Assembly (NCBI GenBank): GCA_964540065.1
Contig: CAZIKY010000001.1
Coordinates: 78,798-142,797, forward strand
DNA length: 64,000 nucleotides
Direction: 5' to 3'
Source of the DNA: Candidatus Woesearchaeota archaeon
GTDB lineage: Archaea; Nanobdellota; Nanobdellia; Pacearchaeales; JAHJTO01
Shown here: positions 27,992 to 38,100 of the stretch, in pieces
Layout: each line of letters opens with the position of its first letter
How positions within the stretch are numbered: the stretch's first letter is position 1
Position numbers and translations under genes: made by a program
Notes under the pieces: model-generated
What the model was told of the DNA's origin: nothing
The model's database searches: none
The model's input: the letters and a program-made list of their open reading frames with translations, nothing else

Positions 27992-28960
27992 TTAAAGCTT
28001 GCGTATAACAAATTTACCTTTGAGGTTCTCCGCGACTTCTTCCCCCTTTTTGCTGAGCTTGCCCTTGGTCAAAAACAAAACCGGGAGCTTCAAATCCGCC
28101 CCTTCCTGATAAATTAGGGCCACATCGCCTTCATTTATGGATTTCTTGTTCTTTCCAAACAAAAAGAAGTCCAGTTTGCCTATCCCTGATTCAACTTCCA
28201 CTATTGCCTTGAAGTCCTTCCCGCCTGCATCAACCTCCCTCTTCAGCGCAACTTTATTCTCTTCCATCCAAGATTTGACTTCATTATTAAAACTAGAAGG
28301 GGCAGGCGATTTTTTTCGAGGCTTTTTAAGAGTTTTTTCCAAATCTGGAACTCTCTCTTCTTCGTCTTCCTTAGAAAGTTCTTCCGAAGGCTTCTCTAAA
28401 ACTTCTTTTTCAGTTTCGGCCTTAAGTTCTTTTTCGGGAATTTTAGGCGATTCGAGGGCCGAAGATTTAACTGCGGGAGTTTGAGAGGGAGCTTCTTCAG
28501 TCAACAAAGATTTTATCTTCTTTCCCGCCTCTTCCGGCTGTAGTAGATGGAACCTCCAGAAAAGTTTCTCTTCTCCGGATTGGACAATTGTCATAGGCAT
28601 GGCAAAATCTTTCATATTCCTAAATGCAACTCTAATCGCTGGCTCGCACTTTTTATCCTCTGCCACCCCTTTCTCCTTCAAGATAGTATGAGCTTCTCTT
28701 TCTTTAAAATCAAGAAACTTAGTATATCCTTCAAGCTTCTCTTCCTGCCCTCTGACAAAATATAGCGGGCTTCCTCCGACTTTGAGATTGCTGGACAAAA
28801 TAACCTTTTCCCTTAAAAGCTCTGAAAGCAGAGCCGAGGCAAGAAAGCTGTTTAAATTCAAAGTTTTTGAGATAGCATGGGCAACAAGCGGCCCGTTATT
28901 TTTGACATAGTCTGCAATCCTGCTTTTCTGCTCGGCAACATTTACCTTAAATCCTTCCAT
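27992..28960 (-). CDS. Hypothetical protein with an N-terminal winged-helix-like domain and an acidic/Lys-rich linker
   Basis: 322 aa with no Cys and no catalytic motif. The central region is low-complexity E/K/S-rich. Confidence 0.3.
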   Translation of the reverse strand: MEGFKVNVAEQKSRIADYVKNNGPLVAHAISKTLNLNSFLASALLSELLREKVILSSNLKVGGSPLYFVRGQEEKLEGYTKFLDFKEREAHTILKEKGVAEDKKCEPAIRVAFRNMKDFAMPMTIVQSGEEKLFWRFHLLQPEEAGKKIKSLLTEEAPSQTPAVKSSALESPKIPEKELKAETEKEVLEKPSEELSKEDEEERVPDLEKTLKKPRKKSPAPSSFNNEVKSWMEENKVALKREVDAGGKDFKAIVEVESGIGKLDFFLFGKNKKSINEGDVALIYQEGADLKLPVLFLTKGKLSKKGEEVAENLKGKFVIRKL

Positions 28961-29018
28961 CAGATTAAGAAAAGAAGTGAAGTTTTAAACTTTGTTAACT
29001 TTTGAAAGATAGTTAAAT

Positions 29019-29588
29019 TTAAGGCCTAAGCCATCTCGCTTCATAATAGGTAACATCTCCTTCGTCATCAACAACTGCAATAAGAAGATTCTTTTTAGTT
29101 GAATGCGCAACCCTGTTTTTGGCGGCAAACTCATGCCAGGTAAGGCTTGAACTTTCATGCACTGGGAAAACAATCCATTTGGCGTGTTCCTCCCCCATCT
29201 TTACACCTTTCTCATAAACCCTGAAATCTGCTCCAAACTTCAAGGCAGTCTTGACAAGATATCCTCTGCCCCTCAGATCTGCAAAAACCAGGTACCTAGT
29301 CATAAAACCTGAATCTGCCTTGCTTACTTCCTTCAAAAAAGATTCTGAGGATAATTTCTTTCCGCCTTTAAAAATTTCCATCTTGCCTTTCTGGATAAGA
29401 TAAAAAGATTCAACAAGTGAGTAGTTCACTTTCCCTTCAATCATCTCCCCAAATCTGCTTTTGCTGTATAGATTTACAGCTTCAGAAGAATTGCTTATCA
29501 CTTTTTCTGCAGAGAAGGCTGCCTTAATCTTCTTCCCCTGAAGCTTTTCTTGAGATTCTAAAGATTTGGTTTTCTTGGTTTTTGCCAT
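29019..29588 (-). CDS. endA: tRNA-splicing endonuclease (homotetramer-type catalytic subunit)
   Basis: 189 aa. FADLRGRGYLVKTALKFGADFRVYE and downstream His match the EndA catalytic domain. The size fits alpha4-type EndA. Confidence 0.85.
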   Translation of the reverse strand: MAKTKKTKSLESQEKLQGKKIKAAFSAEKVISNSSEAVNLYSKSRFGEMIEGKVNYSLVESFYLIQKGKMEIFKGGKKLSSESFLKEVSKADSGFMTRYLVFADLRGRGYLVKTALKFGADFRVYEKGVKMGEEHAKWIVFPVHESSSLTWHEFAAKNRVAHSTKKNLLIAVVDDEGDVTYYEARWLRP

Positions 29589-29638
29589 ATAAAACCTAGC
29601 CCAGATAGATATTTAAAAGTTATTTTCTAGAATACATT

Positions 29639-30535
29639 ATGGAGATAACATTTCTAGGAACCTCATTTGCAATACCTACAAAAAGAAGAAACCACACAGC
29701 TATCCTATTGACAAATGAAGGGGAGAACATCCTCGTAGACTGTGGAGAAGGCACGCAAAGGCAATTTAGAAAGGCGGGTTTGAACCCCTGCAAGATAACC
29801 AAGCTGCTTATCACACATTGGCATGGAGATCACGTTTTCGGAATAATGGGCCTCCTCAGAACTTTGGCATTAAGCGGATACAGCAAAACTTTGCATATTT
29901 ATGGCCCAAAAGGCACATCCTATAAAATGGAAAAGATAATCGACACATTCATAAAAGAAGTTGAGATTGGCCTAGAAGTCCATGAAATCAGCAGCGATGG
30001 ACAGATTTACGATGGAGAAGTTGTTATAAACGCTTACAAAATGGATCATGGAATCCCATGTGTTGCCTATACAATAGAGCAAAAAACAAAGGTTAAAATG
30101 GATGTAGCCAAACTAAAGAAGCTCGGAGTCCAGGGCCCGCTTGTTGGAGAGCTCCAAAGAGGAAAAGATATAACTTACGAAGGCAAGAAAATAAAGTCAA
30201 AAGATGTAACTTTCCTCCAAAAGGGCAAGAAAGTGGCTTTCGTCTTAGATACTAAGCTTAACGATAACTGCGTAAAAGCTGCAAAGGATGCGGATGTTTT
30301 GATATGTGAAGCAACATACTTGGAAGAAGACAAAGAAAAGGCTGAAGAGAACAAACACCTTACTTCAGCCCAAGGCGGAGAAATTGCGAAGAAAGCCAAA
30401 GCAAAAGCGCTTTACCTAACGCACATAAGTCAAAGATATGAAACAAGAGAAGACCAAATTGTTAAAGAAGCGAGAAACAAATTCAAGAATTCTTTTATCG
30501 CTCAGGATTTGATGAGGGTAGAGGTTAAAGAATAA
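29639..30535 (+). CDS. rnz: Ribonuclease Z (tRNA 3' endonuclease), short form
   Basis: 298 aa metallo-beta-lactamase fold with HWHGDH (HxHxDH) and downstream His/Asp ligands. Confidence 0.85.
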   Translation: MEITFLGTSFAIPTKRRNHTAILLTNEGENILVDCGEGTQRQFRKAGLNPCKITKLLITHWHGDHVFGIMGLLRTLALSGYSKTLHIYGPKGTSYKMEKIIDTFIKEVEIGLEVHEISSDGQIYDGEVVINAYKMDHGIPCVAYTIEQKTKVKMDVAKLKKLGVQGPLVGELQRGKDITYEGKKIKSKDVTFLQKGKKVAFVLDTKLNDNCVKAAKDADVLICEATYLEEDKEKAEENKHLTSAQGGEIAKKAKAKALYLTHISQRYETREDQIVKEARNKFKNSFIAQDLMRVEVKE

Positions 30536-30555
30536 TATTAACAATTAGGCCAAAC

Positions 30556-31503
30556 TTAAGCTGTAGCTTTCATGCCTGCCTTCTTTTCAGCTTCCTTGAT
30601 CTTCATCTTTTCTTCAAGGCCAAGCTTATCAAGAAGTTCTTTGTATCTGTTTCTGATTGTAACTTCAGTTATTCCTGCAACATCTGCGACTTCTCTTTGA
30701 GTTCTTTTCTCAAGGTTCAAAAGAGCTGCAACGTAAAGTGCCGCAGCGGCGATTCCTGCTGGACCTCTTCCGCTAGTCAATTCAGAAATCTCTGCTTTCT
30801 TAAGAATTTTAAGCGCGTCATTTTGAGTTTTTGGGGATAAATGAAGCACTGAAGCGAATCTTGAGATGTAATCTTTGGGATTGCTTGCAGAAACAGTCAA
30901 ATTAAGTTTCCGCGTTATAAACCTATAAGTTCTTCCGATCTCTTTTCTTTCAACTTCAGATGTCGCTGCGATCTCATCAAGAGTTCTTGGAATGTTATAA
31001 GTTCTGCAGGCAGCATAGATGCACGCAGAGATTACAGATTCCATGCTTCTCCCGCGGACTAGTCCCCTCTGAAGAACGACATTGTACATTCTGCTTGCCT
31101 CTTCTTTAACAACATTAGGTAAATTGAGATAGCTTGCAACTTTTCTAAGCTCAGTCATAGCAAGCCTTAAGTTCCTTTCAATGCTTGTGGAAACCCTTTC
31201 CTGCCACTTCTTAAGTCTGCTGTATTTCTTTATTCTCTTCTCTCCAAGACGGTAAATATCAGAAATCTCTCCTATGTTTGTGGTAAGGCCTTTATCGAAT
31301 TTCTGCATAGAAAGCGGCGCTCCGCCTCTTCCTTTCTTAGGCCCCTCGTCAAACTGCCTCCATTCTTGCCCAAGATCGACCATTTCCTTCTCGATAACCA
31401 GGCCGCACTGCCCGCACATGGTTTCCCCACGCTGCTCATCAAAGATCATCTTGCTAGAATTACATTCCGGGCACTTTTTAACAGAAGCCGTCGACATACT
31501 CAA
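30556..31503 (-). CDS. tfb: Transcription initiation factor TFIIB (TFB)
   Basis: 315 aa. N-terminal Zn ribbon (CPECNSS ... CGQCGL), B-finger/linker and two cyclin repeats. Confidence 0.9.
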   Translation of the reverse strand: MSMSTASVKKCPECNSSKMIFDEQRGETMCGQCGLVIEKEMVDLGQEWRQFDEGPKKGRGGAPLSMQKFDKGLTTNIGEISDIYRLGEKRIKKYSRLKKWQERVSTSIERNLRLAMTELRKVASYLNLPNVVKEEASRMYNVVLQRGLVRGRSMESVISACIYAACRTYNIPRTLDEIAATSEVERKEIGRTYRFITRKLNLTVSASNPKDYISRFASVLHLSPKTQNDALKILKKAEISELTSGRGPAGIAAAALYVAALLNLEKRTQREVADVAGITEVTIRNRYKELLDKLGLEEKMKIKEAEKKAGMKATA

Positions 31504-31596
31504 ACATAACCTCGAATTGATTTATAAACCTTTCGGTTTTGCTTTTTAAAGCTTTCGCAACCGTTTTAAAACTAAAATAAGACCATAATTAGAAAT

Positions 31597-31953
31597 TTAT
31601 TCGCTGACCAAGACTGCAGCCACATTACCTTCTTGGCCTGGGCGGTTTGTGATAACTGCTTTTCCTGCTTCAGTCTCAATTATAGTGCCTTTCACAAGAA
31701 CGGTTTTAAAATAACGATTCGAGGGGGATCGGATTACATTCTTGATCTTAACTTTCTTCATTTTTTTGGTTTTAGGATCAGTAACGACGGCAGTATCGCT
31801 GAATAAGGATACTGTTTTCATTTTTCCACCCATCATCCTTACTTCCTTTCTTCTTTCTGCACCAAGATTGGTCAATCTAGGTTTGCCGGGAATTTCAGAT
31901 AATTTCTTTTTCCTAAGAGGGATATACTTTCCCCCGCTTATCTTTCTTACCAT
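31597..31953 (-). CDS. rps8e: Ribosomal protein S8e
   Basis: 118 aa. GGK ... RKKK N-terminus and C-terminal GKAVITNRPGQEGNVAAVLV fit S8e. Confidence 0.8.
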   Translation of the reverse strand: MVRKISGGKYIPLRKKKLSEIPGKPRLTNLGAERRKEVRMMGGKMKTVSLFSDTAVVTDPKTKKMKKVKIKNVIRSPSNRYFKTVLVKGTIIETEAGKAVITNRPGQEGNVAAVLVSE

Positions 31954-32238
31954 TGAACTGAGAACTGAAATTCGTTTAAAAACCTTTCTAAATAAAAAGC
32001 CTTTGTCAGTTTAGGCGTCCTTCCCCGAATGGATGCATTCGGGATACAAAATTGCACTCTTTGCAATTTTTGCATCTTTCTCCAACACTAAATTTGCCCT
32101 CAGAATTTACCTCACACCCGCATTTAAGTTTCATAGCAAGAGGAATAAAATGGAACTTAAAAAGTTTTGCAGATTCATTGGAAAAAGAGGGTTACAACTC
32201 AAGAAAAGGTTTAAAAACTTACAACTGGAGTCTTTATC

Positions 32239-32484
32239 ATGGTTAACGGTATTGAAAGACCGCTTGATTTATTGAACGAATCGAAAGGAAAAGAGATCAT
32301 GATCGAGCTGAAGGATGGAAAACAGCTCGTCGGAACTTTGCTTGCGTTTGATATACATATCAACCTTGTTGTTGACAACACTAAAGAAATTGTCAATAAT
32401 GAGTTAAAACGCAGCCTAGGCCTCTCTTTTGTAAGAGGAAACACAATCCTTTGGGTTTCCCCGGCTCAAGCAGGCAAAAAGTAA
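32239..32484 (+). CDS. Sm-like archaeal protein (SmAP/LSm)
   Basis: 81 aa. Sm1 (IELKDGKQLVGTLLAFDIHINLVV) and Sm2 (VRGNTIL) motifs. Confidence 0.85.
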   Translation: MVNGIERPLDLLNESKGKEIMIELKDGKQLVGTLLAFDIHINLVVDNTKEIVNNELKRSLGLSFVRGNTILWVSPAQAGKK

Positions 32485-32549
32485 AGAGGCTTAAATCTAA
32501 GAAAATTTAAACAGCTAAACTTTTAGCGTGAGCTTTGAAGTAATAAGAG

Positions 32550-32557
32550 TTATAAAC
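32550..32557 (+). promoter_or_regulatory. TATA-like box (TTATAAAC) upstream of tRNA-Leu
   Basis: Lies 31 nt upstream of the tRNA 5' end. Same octamer as upstream of tRNA-Met. Confidence 0.4.
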
Positions 32558-32580
32558 CCACAATTCTCAGATAAAAGTAT

Positions 32581-32662
32581 GCGGAGATGCCGGAGCGGTC
32601 AAACGGGTCACGTTTAGGCCGTGATGCTTAGTGCTACAGAGGTTCGAATCCTCTTCTCCGCA
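32581..32662 (+). tRNA. tRNA-Leu (anticodon TAG), class II with long variable arm
   Basis: Acceptor GCGGAGA/TCTCCGC, anticodon stem TCACG/CGTGA with loop TTTAGGC, 13-nt variable arm, T-arm AGAGG-TTCGAAT-CCTCT. Confidence 0.8.
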
Positions 32663-32683
32663 CTTTTAATCAAAAGAGGTTGT

Positions 32684-34477
32684 ATGGGGATAAAAGACAA
32701 TCCAATTTTTCTCTTATCTAGAAAAACTTGGGAGTACTCTAAGGGCAATAGGCACAAGGTAGCCTTATATCTTTTCATGTTTATCTGTGCTAATTTAATT
32801 TTTCTTACAGAACCCCTCATCGTTGCAAAAGTATTAAACACAATCCAAGAAGAGGGGGTGAGCTATGAAAATCTCTCACTAATACTTCTCCTTCTTTCAA
32901 CACTCGTAGCCGTAACATTGGGCTTTTGGGCATTCCATGGACCTGCCAGGGTAATTGAAAATCAAAATGCTTTCTTAGTAAGGGCAAACTATCAGAAGCG
33001 CATGCTTGAAGGAACAATGGCCTTGCCAGCATCGTGGCATGCAGATCATCATTCTGGAGACACTATTGACAAAATCCAAAAGGGTTCAAACGCTTTATTC
33101 GAATTTTCTGCCAGAAGTTTTATGATTGTAGAAGCCATAGTTGGGACCTTCGGAGCATACATCGCTCTAGCTTATTTTAATATTCATTCAACATATATAG
33201 TCTTGCCAGTAATGATTCTCACAATCTTATTTATGATAAAGTTTGACCAAAGGCTGTCCAAACAATATGAAGAGTATTACAAGCTTGAAAACAAAGTCTC
33301 TGCCAAAGTTTATGACACAATAGGAAACATAACCACTGTCACGGCCTTGAGAATGGAAAAAATCATTTCAAAGTCGCTTTTTCAAAAGATTATGCAGCCC
33401 TTGGGTCTGTATAAAAAGAATATAAGGCTGAATGAGAAAAAGTGGTTCATGGTTTCAGTATCTGGATCGATCCTTTTCTTTTTAGTTGTATCCAGCTACA
33501 TCATATCTAGCCTTAACAACGGTGTTCCAATATTGATCGGCACAGTCTACGCATTATATGGATATATCTACAGGATAAATGGGGTGTTTTTCCAATTAGC
33601 GTGGATTTACAATGACATGATAAGGGAAAAAAGTGCTGTGCTTAACTCGGAAGAGATCTCAAAAGAATTCAAAGAGATCAAAAAGAGCGACAAAAATATG
33701 TTGAAAGATTTAAAGTGGGAAGAGCTTAGCATGAAAAATTTGAATTTCTCTTATCACACAAAAGAGGGGGCAGATTTACATTTAGATAATATCTCTGTTT
33801 CGATAAAAAGAAATGAGAAGGTAGCATTTATTGGAGCAAGCGGCAGCGGAAAAACAACGCTTCTAAGATTAATGAGAGAGATTTATATCCCTAAAAGTGG
33901 AGAGATTTATCTAGATAAAATCCCGCTGAAAGAAGGTTTTAAAGATATAAGTCAAGGAATCTCTTTCATCCCCCAAGAGCCAGAACTGTTTGCAACGACC
34001 ATCAAAGAAAATATCACTATGGGTGCTACAACTGACGGCAAAAAAATAAGAAAATTTACAGATATGGCAAATTTCACCCCAGTTATTGAAAGGCTTCCAA
34101 AAAGACTGGATTCATATATCTTCGAAAAAGGGGTTAATCTAAGTGGCGGGGAGAAACAGCGCTTAGCCCTTGCAAGGGGCCTGATGGCATCAGAAGATAA
34201 GCAGATTGTCCTACTTGATGAGCCAACCAGCAGTGTAGATCTTAAAAATGAGTTTGCAATATATAGCAATATTTTTGAAAAGTTTAAAGATAAAACAATA
34301 ATCTCTACAATGCATAGGTTGCATTTGCTGCCTTTGTTCGACAGGATTTACTTCTTTAGAAACGGAAAAGTGATAGTGTCCGGAACATTCGAAGAGATTA
34401 TCCAAAACTCTCCAGAATTCAGGAAGATATGGAAAAGGCATGAAGCTTTGATTAAAGCTAAAGAAAGGGCAAAATAA
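32684..34477 (+). CDS. ABC exporter, fused permease-ATPase (MsbA/MdlB-like)
   Basis: Six predicted TM helices, then Walker A GASGSGKTTLLRLM, signature LSGGEKQRLALARGL and Walker B VLLDEPTS. The start is taken at the internal ATG (MGIKDNP...) because the track ORF from 32621 overlaps tRNA-Leu. Confidence 0.8.
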   Translation: MGIKDNPIFLLSRKTWEYSKGNRHKVALYLFMFICANLIFLTEPLIVAKVLNTIQEEGVSYENLSLILLLLSTLVAVTLGFWAFHGPARVIENQNAFLVRANYQKRMLEGTMALPASWHADHHSGDTIDKIQKGSNALFEFSARSFMIVEAIVGTFGAYIALAYFNIHSTYIVLPVMILTILFMIKFDQRLSKQYEEYYKLENKVSAKVYDTIGNITTVTALRMEKIISKSLFQKIMQPLGLYKKNIRLNEKKWFMVSVSGSILFFLVVSSYIISSLNNGVPILIGTVYALYGYIYRINGVFFQLAWIYNDMIREKSAVLNSEEISKEFKEIKKSDKNMLKDLKWEELSMKNLNFSYHTKEGADLHLDNISVSIKRNEKVAFIGASGSGKTTLLRLMREIYIPKSGEIYLDKIPLKEGFKDISQGISFIPQEPELFATTIKENITMGATTDGKKIRKFTDMANFTPVIERLPKRLDSYIFEKGVNLSGGEKQRLALARGLMASEDKQIVLLDEPTSSVDLKNEFAIYSNIFEKFKDKTIISTMHRLHLLPLFDRIYFFRNGKVIVSGTFEEIIQNSPEFRKIWKRHEALIKAKERAK

Positions 34478-34529
34478 TAGACCGATAAGGCACCACAATA
34501 ATCTATTTATAGATGATTTTCTACAAATA

Positions 34530-35156
34530 ATGATGAGATCCCTCGGAAGGTTATCTCTTGCAATTCTAACTGCTAGCTACGTTACTCTCTCTAATCCTTT
34601 AGAGATTTCAGCAGAAACTAAAGGTGCCGATAAGGGTAAAAAAGAGATCAAATACTTCAGGGGAAAATCAGATTATGATCCTGCAAAGGTAAAAGCTGAA
34701 AGGAAGAAACGGGCACAGGAAGATAAACAATATAGAGAAGTTGTCTTTGAAACATTCAAAGATTATGTCTCAACACTAATCGCCAAAGAATTCGGAGTAA
34801 TCCCTTATTTCTTTGCACCAAAATATTTTTCGAGATGGAAAGGGAAAATGGTTGACCTCAACCCAGAGGAGATAAAGGGCAACTTGAATAAAGCCCTAAG
34901 TGTCAAAGATTTCAGCAGAGTAAAACTCGAAGAATTGATTATTGGAGATGACCCGAATAATCAAGAGAGATTTAAGATAAGGAAACTGTCTGAATTCAGG
35001 AAAGAGTTTAGAGAAAGAGGGTACAAAGAGAAAATACTTTCAAATGACTATCTTGTAATCACAGACTTAAACAAGGAATTGCCTATTCAATCAAAAACTT
35101 TCTTCAGATGCGAAAAGGGTGATACCCGTTGTAAGATTATCGGTGTTTCTTATTAA
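34530..35156 (+). CDS. Secreted hypothetical protein
   Basis: 208 aa. N-terminal signal-like segment (LSLAILTASYVTLSNPLEISAE), then a highly charged K/E-rich body. Confidence 0.35.
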   Translation: MMRSLGRLSLAILTASYVTLSNPLEISAETKGADKGKKEIKYFRGKSDYDPAKVKAERKKRAQEDKQYREVVFETFKDYVSTLIAKEFGVIPYFFAPKYFSRWKGKMVDLNPEEIKGNLNKALSVKDFSRVKLEELIIGDDPNNQERFKIRKLSEFRKEFRERGYKEKILSNDYLVITDLNKELPIQSKTFFRCEKGDTRCKIIGVSY

Positions 35157-38100
35157 GCTACTTCTAGGCATAACCGGCTTCCAGAGTTATATTCACAATT
35201 TAGCTTTGCTACACTCGTGCATGCTTCATTCGTGCAAGCAGAAGGATTACCGTCAAATTCACTACATGAAGGGGCGGAGGCACATGAGCTGCAGCTCCCA
35301 AAAGAGTCTTCAAAAGGCCATATTTCTGGCTTGTAATAACATGAAGTGTAAGAAAGTTCATTCCCTTTTATCTCAAGGGCGATGTTGCCGCAGTTATTTC
35401 TTGTGCAAAGAGAAGTTACTCCCTTCCCACATTCTCCACAGCTTGAAGGATTATTTTTCTTAAAATTTTCAAACTCTTGAGCTTCAACTGCACTTAAGGT
35501 GATATTTATTCTTTTTCCGGGAGCAAGGCTTGCACTTTCCAAATTATTTTCCCTTATTATCTGCTGTACTTTAGATCTCGCCCGGTCATCAAGTTGAGAT
35601 TCATAACCATAAATCTTTCCTAGAGTATTCAAGACAAAATCTGCTAAAAGCTCTGTTCTAGAAACAGTATAATAAATTGTCTGCGGGGATCCCCAAGAAG
35701 TTATCTGGCCCCTCGTAGTTTGCTCTCCAGAAAAGACTATTCCATCTTGGGAATCTGCTACAGCAGATTCTTGACAAAGTCGGTAATTCTCCAGAATATC
35801 ATTAGTGTAAGAAACTACATTAGTTCCAAGATCATCTGCAAGTCTTCTTCCCCTAACCATGAATTGAGAAGAGCTTGTAGTCCTAATCACATTTTCAAGA
35901 TCACTCCAGGTATTAACTTTATAAAATTTTATGGCCCCTTCTAAATTTGGCCCCCCAACAAGATATTCTGCAAGTGCAAAACTTACTGGTTGATCTTTTC
36001 TCCGATGTTTATTATGGACACTTATTAGATGAGATAATCCTGCACGGATATTTGTTCTTGGGTCTTTAAGATCATCCGGATCAGTTATCTGTGGAGCAGG
36101 ACCATTTCTGCCAAATAAGATTTGCATAAGGCCTATAGCATTAGAAACAGAAACAGCATTAGGATTGCCACCAGACTCTCTCAAGATCAAGGCTTTTACA
36201 AGAGTATGTGTCTCGTATTCGCTATACCTTTCACTTGCGCCAATTTCAGCCATAACTTCCCTAATCAACTCACCATATTGGCTTTCAACATTGCTACATT
36301 TTAGTTTTTTGTTCCCTGCAGATTGCCCAGTGCCAGTCACTGTTTCAGTTGGTGCAGGCAAAGTTCTCAGCTCAGTAACAATCAATTTGTAGATCTCAAC
36401 GATTTTTATTCTAGACAATGCCTTATATCGGTTAGAGATGCTCGATTCTGCCACCCTATTAAACTCTGAGAATGCTCTGCTAGCCCTCAACGCCTCTGAG
36501 ATATCCTGGTCAATTACTGCTGATTCTTTTCTAGAGGTCTTTCCTTCACTTATTATCTTTTTCAGCTGCCTCAAAAGATTGTCAAGCTCTTCTTTTCTGT
36601 CGCCAGTAGTTAGTTTGCTGTAAATATCCCTGCTTTCCTGCTCAGTTACGATCTTCCCTTCCTGAGTCAAAAGATTAATGCTTTGATTCCTCGACTCTTC
36701 CAAAGTTAGATTTCTAAGTCCAAGATCCCTTATTGCATTGCTGACAGTATTTCTGTCCAGCCAGCAGCCAATCCTGCCGTCAGGATCACAGAATCCAACT
36801 TTATCCCATCTGTTAGGATCACTTCTCAAACCGGGATTATCTCCAGAGCAGATCCTTACAATTCCTCTCCTGTAAATTTCTGGCTGGACTGCCTCTCCAA
36901 TGCCTCCGACCCCTGGCTGAGCCAAAACTGGAAGGAGTGCTTCCGGCAAAGACTCTGCAGCAAGAAGAGTAGATTTTCCAGCAGTGCATTCATCTTCAGT
37001 CTTTATCTGATAATCTGGAACAGTCTGAGACGCAACATAATAATCTGTAATCTCTTGCACTCCAAATCCGGTTGTCGCTTTCTTAAATCCGCAATAATCT
37101 TTTAAGTTTACCCTTACACAAAGCTGCTTATATCCGCTAGGCAAAATTACATCCCGAGTTATATCTGCTGATTCTCCGATGGGGGTGTATCCTGTCTGTA
37201 TGATTGCCCTTTCAGGAATATTTATTGTGGGAACAAATGCTGGCTCCGCAAGATAAACGGTCCAGTAAGCCGGCTCATCTCTTCCGGCAAAGATATGCCA
37301 GAATACTTTGTATTGAGAGCTTTGAGGGACAGTAACTGATGAAAAGGGAATTTCATCAAACCAGGCATTTATTTGAACGGGAGACTCCGGTCTTGCAAGC
37401 TCATCGAACAGATTTGCAGAATCAGGATACCTTAAACCAATAAATGCCTTGCATAAGAAGCTTCCTGCTTCAGCAGTCGATCTGACTTGGAATGCCCTTA
37501 ACGCGTTTGCACCATAATAATTTGTAAAGAATTGTACTTGCTGGACGCTGTTTTCATAAGCGCTTGCAAATGTCATATATTCTCCGCCTCCGCCGCGGCC
37601 ATAGACTGTTCTTTCAACTAAATTGGGGATTCCAACTTTGAGTAAAGGTGTTAATTCTTTCCAGAAAAACTCGCAAAGATATACGCTTTTAAGCTGGTCG
37701 CATATTCCGACATTTCTTCCAGTCTCCAAATTTTCCTGAAGGCACCTTCTAACGTCTTTCAAAACACTCACTAAATTATCCAAACCTGCATGGACTCCAG
37801 TTAAACAAACTGGGACAGCAACTCCTCCTTTCTCTCCTCCGAGTATTCCTGGAACCCCTGCATTGGGCAGACACAATGCCAAACTCCCAACAATTCCTGT
37901 CTGCACAACATTATCTGTAGGGAATCTTCCTCCGAAGTCGCATCTGCTTGGAGGGCATAAAACTGGATCGCATAAGTTGTAAAGGAGATTACATCTTTCT
38001 GGAGACATGACATCTTCACATTCAATTCCGGGAGAAGTAGCCTTAGCTTGGCCAACCGGAACAGTTATTCCACATGAAGGAAGTGAAATTGGCTGTCCAA

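Noticed and set aside
32033-32275. 80-aa and 64-aa overlapping ORFs in the rps8e / Sm spacer
   Set aside because: The two ORFs are mutually overlapping in different frames and AT-rich with no motifs. They are most likely non-coding promoter DNA (flagged only as a long spacer).
32621-32683. N-terminal extension of the ABC exporter ORF
   Set aside because: It overlaps tRNA-Leu (32581-32662). The internal ATG at 32684 gives a normal start.
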